Shown here: positions 11,870-25,689 of the stretch, piece after piece
How positions within the stretch are numbered: position 1 is the first letter of the stretch
Layout of the letters: every line of letters begins with the position of its first letter
Assembly (NCBI GenBank): GCA_976551045.1
Contig: CDPCPM010000370.1
Location: forward strand, 1,302,001-1,366,000
Length of the DNA stretch: 64,000 nt
Direction of reading: 5' to 3'
From: Glaucostegus cemiculus
Taxonomy: Eukaryota
Made by a program: the position numbers and the translations under genes
Notes under the pieces: model-generated
Told to the model about the DNA's origin: nothing
The model's input: the letters and a program-made list of their open reading frames with translations, nothing else
The model's database searches: none

Positions 11870-13420
11870 ATAACGTGTTTATGGCTGTGAAGACGTATTT
11901 AGTGGAACCACAACAGTGATGGTATAGTTAGCATGGCTTTGTGCGTGGCAGGTCATGCCTTGTTAACTTTCTCATGTTTTATGAGGAGCTGACGAAAGTA
12001 ATGGATAAAGGTAGAGCAGTGGATGCTGTCTACATTGGATTGCAGGAAGTTAATCGACTGGGTCCCTCAGGGTAGCCTCGTCAAGAAGATTAAGATGTAT
12101 GGGATCAAGAGGAAGTTTTCCGTTTGGACTCGTAAATGGTTACGGTATAGAAGGCAGAGTTGGTGGTACACGGCTCATATTCTGGCGGGAGGTCAAGGAC
12201 CCTGGGGTCTTGTCCACAATAACGTTCTTCACGAAACACGACATCATCTCTTCATTCATCTCAAAATGTCCCGGGACAGCACAGCACAGGAAAAGGCTGT
12301 TCGATCCACGTTGTGAGGAACTAAACACACGTGAAATGTTAGGTCGAACTTCTGCGGAGACAACGTCAATAGCCCGCCCATTCTGTGGCACATTCAGCTG
12401 CCTGTCTGAGTGCTTCCTAAATGCCTCTGGCGCATTTTACTACACGATCACCACTGGCAGAGCATTTAAATCACCCACCACTCTTAAAAAACTTGTCCTT
12501 CACATATCCTTTCAACTTATCCACTCTCGCCTTAAACATATCCAACCTGGGGGAAAAAGATACATGCTGTCTACTTTAACTTTACCTCCTGTCAGTTTGT
12601 AAACGCCTATCTGGGCTCCCCTCAGCCTCCAACTCGCCACAGAAGCCAACCAAAGTCTTCGGAACCATTCGTTGTCATGACATGTCCTCTAATCCAGTCA
12701 GCATGCTGGTTAAGCTCCACATCTTTCGTATAATGTGGAATCCAGAATCGAATGCAATATTGATAATGCGTCCAAACCAGAGTCCTATAAACTGCAAAAT
12801 AATTTCCTGACTCTTGAACTCAGTACCTCCACTAACAAAGACCAACATTCCACATGCCTTCTTTCCCATCCAATTTTGTGCGTAGCAATGGACTTTGACA
12901 CCAAGATCCTTCTCTACATCAACTCTGTTAATGATGATGCCATTAACTGTGCACTGTCCCTTTATATTTGATCTTCCAAAGCGCAACACCTCACATTTGG
13001 CAGGATTATTCTCCATCAGAGAGTTATCTTCCCACATATGCAACGGATCTTCATCCCGCTGAATCCTTTGGCAAACTTCTACACTATCCAACACGCAAGA
13101 AGTCTTTGAATCATATGCACGCTTACGATATCGTCCATCCTCATTTTACACCAGGTAATTTAAACATATCACCAACAGTAAAGGTGAAAGAATGGATCTG
13201 AACCCAAACGGCCAACTCAGGTAGGATCCCATGCATCTTAATTTTCTGATGAACCTACCATGAGGGATCTTGTCAGACACCTTAAGAAAGTCTTTTTCGA
13301 TTGCATCCATAGCTCTATCCTCATCGATCACCTTCGTCACCTGCTCGAAAATCTTAATCGTTGGTAAAAAAATGATCCGTGGCCAACAAAGTCATGCTGT
13401 CTATCCCGATTTGTCACATG
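11870..13420. mobile_element. Nested CR1 LINE RT fragments (+ about 11870-12200, - about 12280-13420) in the CH3-CH4 intron
   Basis: AKCEVLRFGRSN..EKDLGVKVH, KVIDEDRAMDAIEKDFLKVSDKIPHGR. Confidence 0.8.
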
Positions 13421-13838
13421 CATTTCCAAGTAATTACTTTCCCTAAGGTCTTCTCCAATATCTTCCCGGCCATTTACCTGAGGATCACTGTCTGTTTGTA
13501 ACACACCCAGCCTCCTTCTTTGTGTCATCATCCTCTAAATTACCTTATTGACCAATCTCAGCTAATCTCCACATCTTATCCCAATGGCAACTGCGACCTC
13601 ACCATGTCACCGATCTTCTTTTTGTCCTATCCATCACCAGCCCACAACTCAGGCAACATACCACTTGCTTTCCCTCTTCTTGCGGGCATGACGAAAGCGT
13701 TTCGTGAAATATTAGCTCTGGCTTTCTTTCCATCGGTTTTGCCGAAACTGCTCAATGTTCTCAGCCTTCTGTAGCACAAAACAATCTTTTTGTTGTCACC
13801 CTCCGTCCCATCGTATCCCTCCAATAGCCCCACCTCAC

Positions 13839-14147
13839 CTTCCTCCTTGTGGATGGAAGCCCTTCTCGGAGTCGGCATTTCATCGTGGCTCACCACGCAG
13901 TCGAACACAGACCCACTCAGCCAAGCTTGCGTCGAGGTTTTCAGGGTGCTGATCACGCTGTCGGGGTCCTCCCCGGGTTGTACGGCAATCTCAGATTTCA
14001 AATGTGTATTTCCTTGTCTCCAAGATACTTTGACTCCATAAGGTGCATGAGAGACAACACAGGTCAAGGTCACGTTCGCCTCCAGTAAGACCTGCTCCAA
14101 TGGTGGTGGCTGAATTATGATCTGTTCCTCTTCGCAATTGTTATGAT
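13839..14147 (-). CDS. IGHM: IgM CH3 exon
   Basis: [65 protein letters not shown]; 309 bp, phase 1-1 splice sites. Confidence 0.96.
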
Positions 14148-14411
14148 CTGTAACAGAGAAATGAAAATCAAGGCAACCTTCAGCACAGGAAACAAAAAAA
14201 TTAGAATGAATAAATCACCATCCAAACTCAGTATAGGAGAGGATCCCTTCCTGGTCGTGAGTCTCTGTATTTCAACCACTTTCTGTCTCTGATCAATGAC
14301 CAATAACAAGAATGGAATTAGAAGCTGTGTCGTCAGTTGTCCCAATGTCAGTGAGGGTCTGACTTGAATAGATGACGGCGAGTTGGGACTTTCCAACGAT
14401 GCGTCTCTTAC

Positions 14412-14723
14412 CTTGAGAGATGCTGATGTTTCGGCTTTGCGTATGCATTTTATGGGTGACCTGACAGGTGAAGACTGAACCGCTGAACCATTCTCCGGCT
14501 GAGAATGTCAGCTGGCTGGTCGCGGAGAAGTTCCCGTTAACCTCAAAGGAGGGAGAGGTGACGAAGCCTGAATTCAGGGGTTTTCCATTCTTTAGCCAAT
14601 TTATGGTTAGTTGCGCTGGCCGGAAATCGGTCATCGAACACACGGCGGCCCCTCTCCTGCTCTTTCTAATTTCCTCCTGGGAAGTTAGGGTGACGATGAC
14701 GGTTGGATGATGCACCACACGAT
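14412..14723 (-). CDS. IGHM: IgM CH2 exon
   Basis: [51 protein letters not shown]; 312 bp, ag and gtaag sites. Confidence 0.96.
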
Positions 14724-15099
14724 CTTGAGGATAATGAAATTAACATCATCTTAAAATCAACCAATAATTCATGAAGAAAACAATTTATTTCCACAGAAAT
14801 CACAATACCGGCAAAAATAGATTCAATTGGATATTCCTTTCCCCAAAATTAACACCTCCCCACTTCGTCTTACTTACACCAACTTCCAGTAATTTCACAG
14901 TCGTGGAAATTTGACGATGCTGCTAAATTCTGGTTCTCTCAAGATGATTCACGAAGTGCTGATAAAATGTACGAATGTGGATGAGAATCAGTGGGCATGG
15001 ACGTGATAGAAGATTGTTTATTTCCATACTGTACATCTGTCTGTCTCTATGATTGTTGAGTACCCTTAAAGCTCTCAGTAAGATCGTTCGACGGATTCG

Positions 15100-16260
15100 A
15101 AGAACATAGTTGGAACAGAGAACAGTACAACACAAGTACGGGCTATTGTGCCCATGAGGCTATGCCGATCTAATTAAACGAGTAATTGAATGTCTTAGTG
15201 AACTAAACACTACGGAATACCATTCCCTACACATTCATGTGTCCACATAAGAGTATCGTAAACGCCCCCATAATATTTGCATCCGATACCAACCGTCGAA
15301 GCACATTTTAGTTTAAAACCAGTTTCTGTTTGAAATTGGGCCCGTACATCTCCTACGAACTCACCCCCCTCATCAATTGCATGCCCTCTATTATACGGAA
15401 TTGCTACATTCGGGAAAAAAAAGATACCGGCTCAGTTGTCTTTCTGTGGGTCCCATAATTGTATCAACTTCTGGTAGTTCTGCAGTAAGCCTCCGCCGCT
15501 CTAAAGGAAATAACCGAGTTTACCCGAACTCTCCTGATTGCACATGCCCTCTCATCCAGGCACCTTTCTGACAAAACTATTCTGCTCTTGCTCTAAATCC
15601 AGCTCGCCATTCAAGTAATATGCTGACCAGAATTTATTGCAATACTGCAGATGTGGCCTAACTAGTGATTGAAACATCCTCAACGTAAATTACGGATTCT
15701 TGAACTCAGTGCATCGTCTAACAAAGGCAAACATGTGACATGCATCGTTAACCACACGGTCAATTTCAGGGAGCAAGGTGCCTGGACCCCAAGATCTCTC
15801 TGTTCATCAACACTGTGAAGAGTTTTGCCATCAACACTCTGATGTCCCTTTGCATTTGATTTCCCAAAGTACAGAACATCACATTTGGCCGCATATGCCA
15901 TTTCTCCCATCATATCTGCAACTGACAAATATCCCGCTGTACCTATGGCAACCTTCTACACTATCAACAACACCTCCAGTGCTTGTATTGTCTGCAAGGT
16001 TAACAACCCAATCAAATTTCCATCAAGGTCATTGACATAGCTCATAATCAGTAGAGCACCCAGTATGGATTCCTGCGGAAGACCACTCGTCAAGGACCTC
16101 TAATCAGAACGTCCCATTCATCACTACCCTCTGACTTCTATGGGCAAGCCAATACTGAATCAAAGCGGCCGTCACCGCAGATCCTAGGCAGCTTAAACCT
16201 CTGGATGAGGCGAACACGAAGGATCTTGTCAAATGCCTTACTATGTGTTGGTGAGTTATT
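15100..16260 (-). mobile_element. Decayed CR1 LINE 3' part in the CH1-CH2 intron
   Basis: AKCDVLYFGKSN..EQRDLGVQ and IQYWLAHRSQRVVMNG; boundaries approximate. Confidence 0.75.
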
Positions 16261-17048
16261 ATGGGAGTGTCTGTAATGATAATACATTTAGTCTCACTGT
16301 CCCTAGACAAATACCTTTCCTATATTTCAAACCAGAGATGTGTCTGCGAATATAAGGTACCGTTTGAAACAAAATAAATGAAGTTAGTTGTTTGACTTGT
16401 CTAAGTTTCTCTAACCCCACTGTTATGGGAAAGAAACATTTTAAATATGTTTTTCTCCCATCAGGATGTTGAGGCATTTGTCGTTATGTTGAGGATAGAA
16501 CTGTGAGCCGTGTCCGAGACGTCATATGGAGTTTTGATGCTTGCTTTCTTCCAGTTATTTTGGAATCGACACTGTACCCGGTTAACGAAGTATTGAATTG
16601 GTTTATCGTTGTCACATGCACCGAAGTGCAGTTTTAGATTTTCTTTTGCATGACATCCACACAGATAATTTTTATCTCATTTGTGAATTGAGGTCGTGCA
16701 ACGGAAAACAACAACAGAATGCAGGGTAAAGTGCAGCGCAGACCGCCAGTAAGATGCACGTTGAAACCGAGGTAGACTGCCAGGTCAATAGTCCAAGTTA
16801 TCTTACGTTCGATATTGTAAACGCCGGATAGAAGCCGACCTTGGGCCTGCTTGTAAGTCGTGTGTAGCAAGTGGTTTATGGAGGTCATAGCATTGCTTTG
16901 TAGGTATAATCTGGCATAGGCAATAAATGTCACGACAAGTCAAGTGAAGAATAAATAAGTTTCTGTCGAATATGGGTATGTGTACTCTAACTGACATATG
17001 CACTCTCTCTACATAACGCGCGATCCCGCTGTATACCCCAAAACTCAC

Positions 17049-17345
17049 CGGGCATTTTGATTTCCTTGACAGTATCACGGTACTGAATCACGCAGTAGAT
17101 GGCGCTGTTCCGCGCCTCTAACTCGGTGACTGTTAATTGGCTGCTTCTGGTGTAAGTTCCCCTCTTATTAAACACAGCGGGATAAGTCTTCAATCCGGTG
17201 GTGATCGGTACTTTATCTTTCTTCCAGGAAACGCTGATGCCCTTCGGAGAGTAGTCCATCGCCAAACATCCGAAGATGACCGAGTCAGTGGGACTGCGTT
17301 TCTCACAGGAGAGGAGAGGGTAGAGAATGGGGGCCGATGGTCCGG
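17049..17345 (-). CDS. IGHM: IgM CH1 exon
   Basis: (A/D-junction)[61 protein letters not shown]; 297 bp; light-chain-linking Cys present. Confidence 0.96.
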
Positions 17346-19679
17346 CTATGAGAAAATGGAACGTGAAAAAGTTAAATTTTCTATTCCTGGCTTACAGGAT
17401 ATTCAAATAACTGAACAATTAAATATATTAAAACAAATCATTTCGCAGGTTTTGTTTCGGTATATCAAGCTGCAGTAGTCATATGATTATTTGCTCGCAA
17501 TATATTCAGAGCTGGTTCAATCAGACTGAAATTATTTCTGTAGACTTAAATGACAAATACATTTAATGGTCTTTCCGCACTGTTTCTTCACAATTCTTGT
17601 TGAATTCCATCAGCCGTGTAAACCCAAGTTCACTGCCAGCAATATTTCCAAATCGTTAGGGAACAAATATACCAGCCTCATAAAAAAACTGTCACTGCAA
17701 CGAACTTCCTCAAACTACATGGCATAATGCATCTGTGCAATGCACTGTGGTAATGTTCCAAGGATTACTATACAGCAGGCGAACCAGCGAATTCACCCAG
17801 TTGATGCACGTTGGTGCAAGTTCCTTGGGATGCCACCGAATTCAACTTGCAGTCAAAGCCTTGCAACAGCCTGAATTGAAAATATATCGTTGGGCTTCCG
17901 CTAATAACTACTGTCTAATTTTCATGGACACTTGGTCATGTATGATGTCTTTCCGCTGTAACTAGAATTGGATTCAAGGTGAAATTTCCTCCATACTATC
18001 TGAATATTCTAAAGTCATCAGAACAAAGGGCAGATACAACGCCGTTTTCCAGTTAAGTATTGAATACGAAGTTTCCGTATGAGAAAATGTTTCATGCATA
18101 GCACGAGCTTGATTAGTCTGCCTCGTCTAGCATCGACGGTCAATGATATAATAATAGAAATGGGAAATAAACATCCTACAGTTCTGTGTTATCACTGAAA
18201 TGTCCTCTTTTCCTGCCTAACCCTCTACCCCTGATTCAGATAGTTCATTGTCTACATAATTTTAACTTTGTTGGAAACTCAGACAAATTCTTTTGACTTT
18301 CTACGTCTGAATGCCACCAGCTGGCTTACTGCTCTGAGGCAAATCCTCGGTCAAAGTAAAACATCCGTTCTTCATGCACAGACAATAATAAATGTTCTTC
18401 AGAATGATTGTACATCAAAGTACAAAAGAGGGATATAAACGGTTTGCAACGAGGCAACAAGATGCATCATTTCCCAAAGTGTGAAGTTGCGCGGAAACAG
18501 ACTCGCACAAACGGTGCAAAAATCAGCAGCTCAACAAACAGATCTGTGGAATATGTCACTGAGAGAACCGTTGATTTCTATTAGCTATCCAGTCAGATCA
18601 ACCGGCAGATTCGTTCAATGAAATTTGTGATTTAATTGGGGGAAACTTTTTCAACACCCAGCAATCTCCAGTCATCTTCAATGATGGTGCAAACCCCGAG
18701 AATAACGTTCCCTGTAAGTACTCAATTGCAGTTATTCGCATACCATAGTAAATTTAAGCAGTAGCACGGGACAGAGGGACGTAAGGCGCTTTAGGCTTTG
18801 CAAGGTGACGGATTTGGACGTCGATAACAATGTTAACATTGTTATTTCACATACTGCAATGTTATCCAGTCAGTAGCACGAAGGTCAAGAATAATTGAGG
18901 TTTGGTTTATTTCCATGACGAATTAATGTTCACGTTGACACAGTGTCATCTAATACCACATAGATGTAACAGCTCTTTCGAACTGGGCGGGCGGAACACT
19001 TGAAAACATCAAGTAGTCCTGTAATTTGACTTTTAAACAATAAATGACTGCATTAATAAATAACCACATTTGGAGCAATATGCATTAAATACAACGTATT
19101 TGACAGTAGCTGTGAACGTCCAGCTCTCTTCAGTGCAGATCAAAACCGATATTTTCAATTTATTTTAATTTCTATTCCGACTCGGACTATACTTCGTCTG
19201 ATGGATCTGGATGTTGGCACTCCAAATAGTTCAGAGTCTGAAAGGGGAATATTGCACAAATCGCAATGGTGTGCCAAACTGTTTTTTTTGCACCAAAATT
19301 AGGTTCGCGACCAAAAAATGGAAGAAGCTGGAAATGAATGATCACAAAATTGTTTCTACATATTGCCCCAGAATGACAATCAGACAAGGAGGAATCAGAG
19401 AATAAATGTAGTTTGCGTGGGAACACTATTATTTTATGAAAAATAAAGCAGTTCATATTTTATCTTCTTGCTTCCGATTATTCACGAATGAAGTATCACT
19501 AGTAACGTCCTCATAATTATTTTAATCAAATTCCTGACCGATCGATAGAAATTGGACGATGTAATATGATTCACACTCGATACCAATATTTCTTGAGTGT
19601 GGATGAAAAACAACCTCAGAACACTCTGTGCAAAAATATTTATTTCACTGTGTGTTTCGATATACATGTATCTAATGCA

Positions 19680-19735
19680 GATATCTTATCTTATCTTACC
19701 CTATCTTATCTTACATTATCTTATTTTATCTTATG
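19680..19735 (+). repeat. (TCTTA)n microsatellite
   Basis: Direct reading. Confidence 0.8.
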
Positions 19736-21671
19736 TAATGCTTGAATCAGCACAAGAAAACTGCCGGAAACTGATTCAGCAAAAACATTCTTAGTTCATG
19801 TTATTCCTTCGCAATTAAAGAGCTAGGTATCTCTTTTAATGGTATCTCTGTGTACCACATTACAGTGCACTGCACCTGATCTGAATTCAGTAACAATCAA
19901 CTGAAAATGTATTTTGATTGCAATGATACTTAATTCCGTTTTCTGCTTTTAATACCATGTTTCTTCGCTAACAATGGCCTCGTAACCCAACAGAATATGA
20001 TATTTTGCAATTATTTCTGTATCATTATGAAAGTAAAACACTCAGGCCGTTTTAAATTAGCAACGGGAATCTATGGAAGAGAAACTGTTTTAATTCGTTA
20101 CTTTAACAAAGCGAAATCGTTGCTTGTTGTGAAATAAATACTGCACTATTGAGAAGACTACCAGAACCGTCCATGCATTTCATTGTTTACTGTGTTCGCA
20201 GAGGAACAGAGAAATGTTGTTGTCGAATTAAAATATCGGGGGAAAATACATTTTCTGGTTTTCGCAGAATTTCCACGAAGTATCTGTTAATTACTACAAC
20301 TTTTTTTTGAGTTGCCAAACTACTAGTTGTGAACGTTGTAAATGCAGGAACATTTCAAGTGGAAAGGTCATCGAGAGCCAAGACGAAATGTTGAAATTCA
20401 AAATGTCACTCCAGTAAATGTGGACATTAACAGATCTGCACATGATAATTTAAATCCGAAATCTGTCCGTTGTACAGACAACATATTTCCTAAATCGTTT
20501 TAAAAAAGTGCATTAAACAGAATATAGAGGGAACTTTCAGCAGTTCAGGCGGCAGCTGCAGAAAGAGAAAGTGAGTAAACGTTTTATCTCGAAGACTTTC
20601 TAGGAGTCATCTTGACAAAGATTTTCGACGAGAACGTCAACTTTGTATCTCTTTCAGCACACTCCACGTGACCTGCTGAGGGCTTGCGAATTTGCTGTTT
20701 TTTAAAAAATCAAATGTCTAGAATTGTGATCATCAGCATCTGCAGCTTTTTTTTTAAATGCTAGTTTTCCAGCACATGGCTTGTTTGTTTCCATCAAATA
20801 ATCTAGGCTGACATTTCGTATAACAGGAATAGTTGCTGCTACTCGGATTAATTGTTCAGAAGCGCTAGCTGGAGCGACGGATTGTTACAGCTGCAGCCTC
20901 AGCTACAGATACACGTTGTGTTCGCAAACAAAGAAACATTGACATTACTGAGGGTTGAATCCCGTTATGGAACTTTTTGATTCCATTTCACAATAATCAT
21001 ATGACAACAATATCGGATTCAATGTCATCGAACAGTTCCAGCACTGAGCCAATCATTGTTAAATTAATCCGAAATGTAAAATAATGGTGCATGGATTGTG
21101 ATCCTATGGATGCGTTGAACGGGTCGTGATTTTGCAGCATTACAGTGATATTGGTTCACTTTTCCATCTCATAGGAATTCAGACTATGCCTGGGAATAAT
21201 TCTGCATGAGTGTGAAACTTGAACTTCTCGGTTTTTAATTACACGAAACAAACTTCCTATTTACATGCAAGCTTTGCTGCAGAAGATGAATGATTGGCAA
21301 TACGAATCCACCACTTGATACACAATTTCAAACACTTGGCCAATTTGCGCTGAATTTTAACCTATCTGTGCTGTATTTCCAATATACTCACAAAATACAG
21401 ATTGAAACAACATGCTTGTTGTAGGTCAGGAAAGGCAGTTAGATATCTCGCGAGTTAAGCTTTGCAAAAATGTCACGCAATATAAAAGCATCGAGGTGTT
21501 GAAAGCAACCAGGGCACACATTTTCTCGAGCAAATCAGCACAAAATCACATCTGCAAAGACTCAATTCATTGAAACCACTCAGCATGAAACAAGAGATGA
21601 ATTTCATATCACTCCGCAGCAGAATCACACAAATAATTGCATAACAACATCACTGCAGATTTCTGCAAATT

Positions 21672-22200
21672 AAACAATAGAACAATACAGCACAGAACAG
21701 GCCCTTCGGCCCATCAAGCTGTGCCATCCTACAAACATCTCCCAAACTAACTCTTTCCACCCTCATATCCTACTATTCCACATTCTTCCATGTGCTTATC
21801 TAACAATCTCTTAAACCTGTCCAACGTATCTGCCTCCACTACCACCCCAGGCAGTGCATTCCATGCACCAACCACTCTCTGGGTGAACAACTTCCCTCTG
21901 ACATCTCCCCTATACTTTCCACCAATTATCTTAAAGGCATGCCCTCTCGTCTTTAGCATCTGCGCTCTGGGAAAGAGTCGCTGACTATTAACTCTATCTA
22001 TTCCTCTCAATATCTTAAACACCTCTATCAAGTCCCCTCTCATCCTCCTCCTCTCTAATGAGTAGAGCCCTAGCACCTTAAGCCTCTCTTTATATTCCAT
22101 ACCCTCCAATCCAGGCATCATCCTGGTAAAACGCCTCTGCACCCTCTCCAACGCCTCCACATCCTTCCTATAATGCGACGACCAGAACTGAACACAATAT
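21672..22200 (-). mobile_element. Relatively young 5'-truncated CR1 LINE 3' end, about 90 bp into the JH-CH1 intron
   Basis: Uninterrupted LERVQRRFTRMMPGL..ERRRMRGDLIEVFKIL..TRGH..FTQRVVGAWNALP; close relative at 32620-32965. Confidence 0.92.
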
Positions 22201-22289
22201 TTGCAGGATTTAATCGCATGAACAAATTGCTCAAAATACAGACTAAATGATAATTGTAACAGTAGGCGACTAAGAGCTCGTTTTTTTAC

Positions 22290-22337
22290 CGTCAGTCACA
22301 AACACCGTGGTTCCTCTTCCCCAGTATGCCATGTTGT
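22290..22337 (-). CDS. IGHJ: JH segment with 23-RSS at 22338-22376
   Basis: NMAYWGRGTTVFVTD then G|GTAAA donor; RSS CACAGTG-23bp-ACAATATCC. Confidence 0.93.
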
Positions 22338-22725
22338 CACAGTGTTACGTTCCGTGGTCTGTGTCACACAATATCCAGGTCTGTTAGGAACAAGCAGGAT
22401 CCCAACATTCGTGTAACTACTCATATTTCCAAACAAAGATGAGGCAATATTACTCTTTCGTACCCATGAATGCGTTGAAGGAAGCATTCCCACCGATATC
22501 AGATACTGTTTTACAATATATTGGACGGGTCCATGAAATGCAATTGGAATCTAGTTTAGATAAATCATGAATTGACACGGGTTGTTCATACAGTAAAATG
22601 TACGAGGGATGTCTGGGCATAATTGAGACCTCGTTCAGGAAGAATTGAATCCAGTTATTGAAGAGCGACCCAGAATCACACAATGTGGGGCTGAAGAGCT
22701 TTTGGTATGTATAAGAACCAATGTG

Positions 22726-22737
22726 CCCACTAGTACA
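22726..22737 (-). other. IgH D2 segment TGTACTAGTGGG, 12-RSS on both sides (22698-22765 with RSSs)
   Basis: V side CACTGTG-12-TCAAATACC; J side CACATTG-12-ACCAAAAGC; matches the shark 12-D2-12 layout. Confidence 0.9.
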
Positions 22738-23106
22738 CACTGTGAGATAATCCATATCAAATACCCCGCAGGTTGTTTGCTGAAGAATGATCTGATCGAA
22801 TTCCATCTCGCTCTGAGAATCAGAATTCATGCACAATTGACAGGGTGCCCGAGTGAGATATTTTACTGTGCACTGCTCACGGTCTGAAACAAACTTGAAT
22901 ATTCATCCTCAACAGCACATCCAAAATTGGCATTAATTGCATAGAAGACTGTTGCGTGTTTTATTGTACTGATCTATGTTAATTCAGATGCTTAACTTTC
23001 ATTTGATATTAATTTCTCGGCATCTCCTGTCTTTCTGGTAAATTCAAGCAGGAAGAAACGTGTTGCCTGGGTTTGTGTACGGGTGCTCACTGTCTGCAGC
23101 AATGTG

Positions 23107-23120
23107 ATCCACTGTGGTCG
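23107..23120 (-). other. IgH D1 segment CGACCACAGTGGAT (23070-23147 with RSSs)
   Basis: V side CACAGTG-11-ACTAAAATC; J side CACATTG-21-ACACAAACC; shark 12-D1-22/23 layout with both spacers short. Confidence 0.85.
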
Positions 23121-23538
23121 CACAGTGAATCAGGCCCGACTAAAATCTATACGTACAGTCCAGAGTCAGGGATAATTTGAAATAGACACCAAACGGGTTC
23201 ATAAATGGCCCAAAAGCTCACACAAAACATTCAATATGAACACAAATGCAATCATCTTCCTGCAGGTCCCGTTCTTATTGAAACGAGCAACGTATCCGGG
23301 TCTGCAATTGGAAGCACTCTTGTCATTAAATCGGAGGGAAGAAAGATCAAACTATCACACTAGTGGACTGGTAAATGTATGAGAATTCGTTTTGTTATTG
23401 AAGGAAGGTACGATCTCATTTTTCAGACAGTTATTGTTGCCTTAGAAACAACCACTCACCACCAGTTTGTGATAGAAAACGACTGACTTCCCGGCATGCT
23501 GTTCCTGTGCGTGTGCGACCCTAGATGCCCTCACTGTG

Positions 23539-23841
23539 TCCAACCGCAGAAGTAGACGGCAGTGTCTTCGGTCTTCAGGTTCCTCACTTTCACTGAGAAA
23601 ATACTGTTTGACGTGTCTTTCAATGGAGTAAACCTGCTCTCGATCCCTGGGGCGAAGTAGTTGTTTGAAGAAGAGTGGTATCGAAGCAGCCACTGCAGCC
23701 CCTGTCCGGGACGCTGACGAACCAACTCCATGTAGGCGTCTCTGAGAGCGAACCCGCTGGTTTTACAAGTTACTGTGAGGGAGCCTCCGGGTTTAGCGGT
23801 CTCCGTCTCAGGCTGAGTCAAAACTACATTGGAGTGGACAT
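23539..23841 (-). CDS. IGHV: IgM VH exon with 23-RSS at 23500-23538; open but atypical
   Basis: [67 protein letters not shown]; RSS CACAGTG-23-ACAGGAACA; conserved FR2 Trp is Leu. Confidence 0.95.
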
Positions 23842-23943
23842 CTTTAAATAAAAAAAAGATTTGATGTTCGGTTAAGTCTTGGTGCTTGAATTTCTCAGAG
23901 AGAGCGAGAGAGAGAGAGAAAAAATAATTTCACAATTACTCAC

Positions 23944-23989
23944 GGGATAAAAAAGACAGAAACAGGCTGAGTGCAGTCGCCGACTTCAT
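23944..23989 (-). CDS. IGHV: VH leader exon
   Basis: MKSATALSLFLSFLS, 46 bp, gtgagt donor. Confidence 0.92.
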
Positions 23990-24067
23990 TCCGCTATGAA
24001 TCTGATCGATTCTGCGCAGAATCACTCAACAATCCGTGGGAAAGATGAATTGTGGAGATTGAAGGAA

Positions 24068-24132
24068 ACATTTAAATACCCGACAGAGGTGGGCGGGGTT
24101 TTGTCCGGCGCCTGTAGACTGAGGGGGCGGCT
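24068..24132 (-). promoter_or_regulatory. Putative VH core promoter (TATA-like plus two GC boxes)
   Basis: TATTTAAAT about 80 bp 5' of the ATG; GGGCGG near 24091 and 24125; no proximal octamer seen. Confidence 0.45.
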
Positions 24133-25689
24133 GCCGAAGCTGAGCAGTCAATCCCATCTCACTAGCGGTCGAGATTCACACCTTACACTGGAAAACCTGT
24201 TGAAATGGACTGTGTATTATATATGATTATAAGAAGCATGTTTTTAAACACGTTATATCCAGGCCACATCCCTGCACTCGGAGCCCAGATCTGAGAGCGG
24301 TTGTTAATAATAGCAATTCATAATAAAATAAACGTGATGACTGGCGGCAGATGGTCGTTGATCCAGAAGTTGATAATTTAGAATTGGCACCCAGACCAGA
24401 AAGAATGTAAAATAAACAGTCTTTTCACGTCAGTTCCAAATAATTCTCTTTTATTCTGCATCCATTTATCTCCAAGGGTTGTGAGTTTGGAATGCGTGTG
24501 TTCTTCAAAACTCTAAATCTTGCATACCCTACATTTCTTTCCTTTTTTTGGCATTATATTTAATAAGGTGGCATTCAGATCGGTTTACTGGTGCTGTTCT
24601 ATTTGATCAGGTGTATGTTTGGAGCCACAGAATTCCATTCATATCTGGTGTAAGCACTCCCAATTACAGAAGAGTTGGTGAGATGAGGAGAGTTAATGAG
24701 GATACTTCACAAAAACAACGATGTGTAGTAACGAAGATTGGTCCAAAATGTTGTACTGATCAGCCTTGCACTGGTTGCGAGGATGATGCCGAGGATCCAG
24801 TAAAAATATTCGAAGAGATAATTTGGAACAGAAATAAATGACAGGGCCATGGTGGAAATACAGAAGACTTACAATAAACGTAGAACTCCTTCAAGAACAG
24901 CATAGAGACCAGGACACTCTTCTGTGTTCTGATCTTCCATTAATCTTTGTCTTGGAATTAAATTAGTCAAGTCATGTGCATCTGTTCACTTGGAGTTGTC
25001 ATTCGTGACATCGGAATGTACGCATGGAATGCCCTGATGACAAACAATGTTATTGTAACGAATGGGATGCAAGATATTTTTTCAGCGAACTGAGCATTTT
25101 TGGAAATGATTGACTGAAATTATCTTGAAATCCATCTTTGTTTGTTTGTCTACAGGGGAAGAGAAGAGTGGAATTAAAATATAATGTCACTGAACATAGG
25201 TGATTTGCATTTATCTCGTTATATCTGTTCTGTTCTATTGGGGAAATATTGATTTTGTTTTTGTTCCTCGGTCATCGAATCTGGGTCTGGGACTGGTAAA
25301 TGCAATACTGATTTATATCAGCTCATCAGCGGTCTGCAGCTGTTTATTGAACAAAAAGGAAGGGCCAATTCAGGCACTAATCGACTGGACTCAACTGGAA
25401 AAAGGGGTTATTCCAAGTGCTGTGACATCTGGTGCAAATATTTCTTACAATTAATATTTTATTTTTGTTCAAATAGAAAAGATTTGTTTTATCTCAGAAC
25501 AATACACGTTTCAATTGATGAACCACTCTATCATTGTGTGGCTAAAATCAATGGGACATTTCTGCATGCACCACAATGTATGTCCCCTTTCAGGAAATTT
25601 TCACATATGTGAGGACATTGAATAGAAATATGACAAGAGGAGATGCAACGGCCGCTTCAGCAACTCCGCGTTTTAACTTCTGTTCCAAA

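Noticed and set aside
20655-20685. CACGTG plus ACCTGCTG E-box pair in the J-C intron as an intronic enhancer
   Set aside because: Context resembles a common elasmobranch repeat fragment (..GACCTGCTGAG..CAGCATCTGCAG); no independent support.
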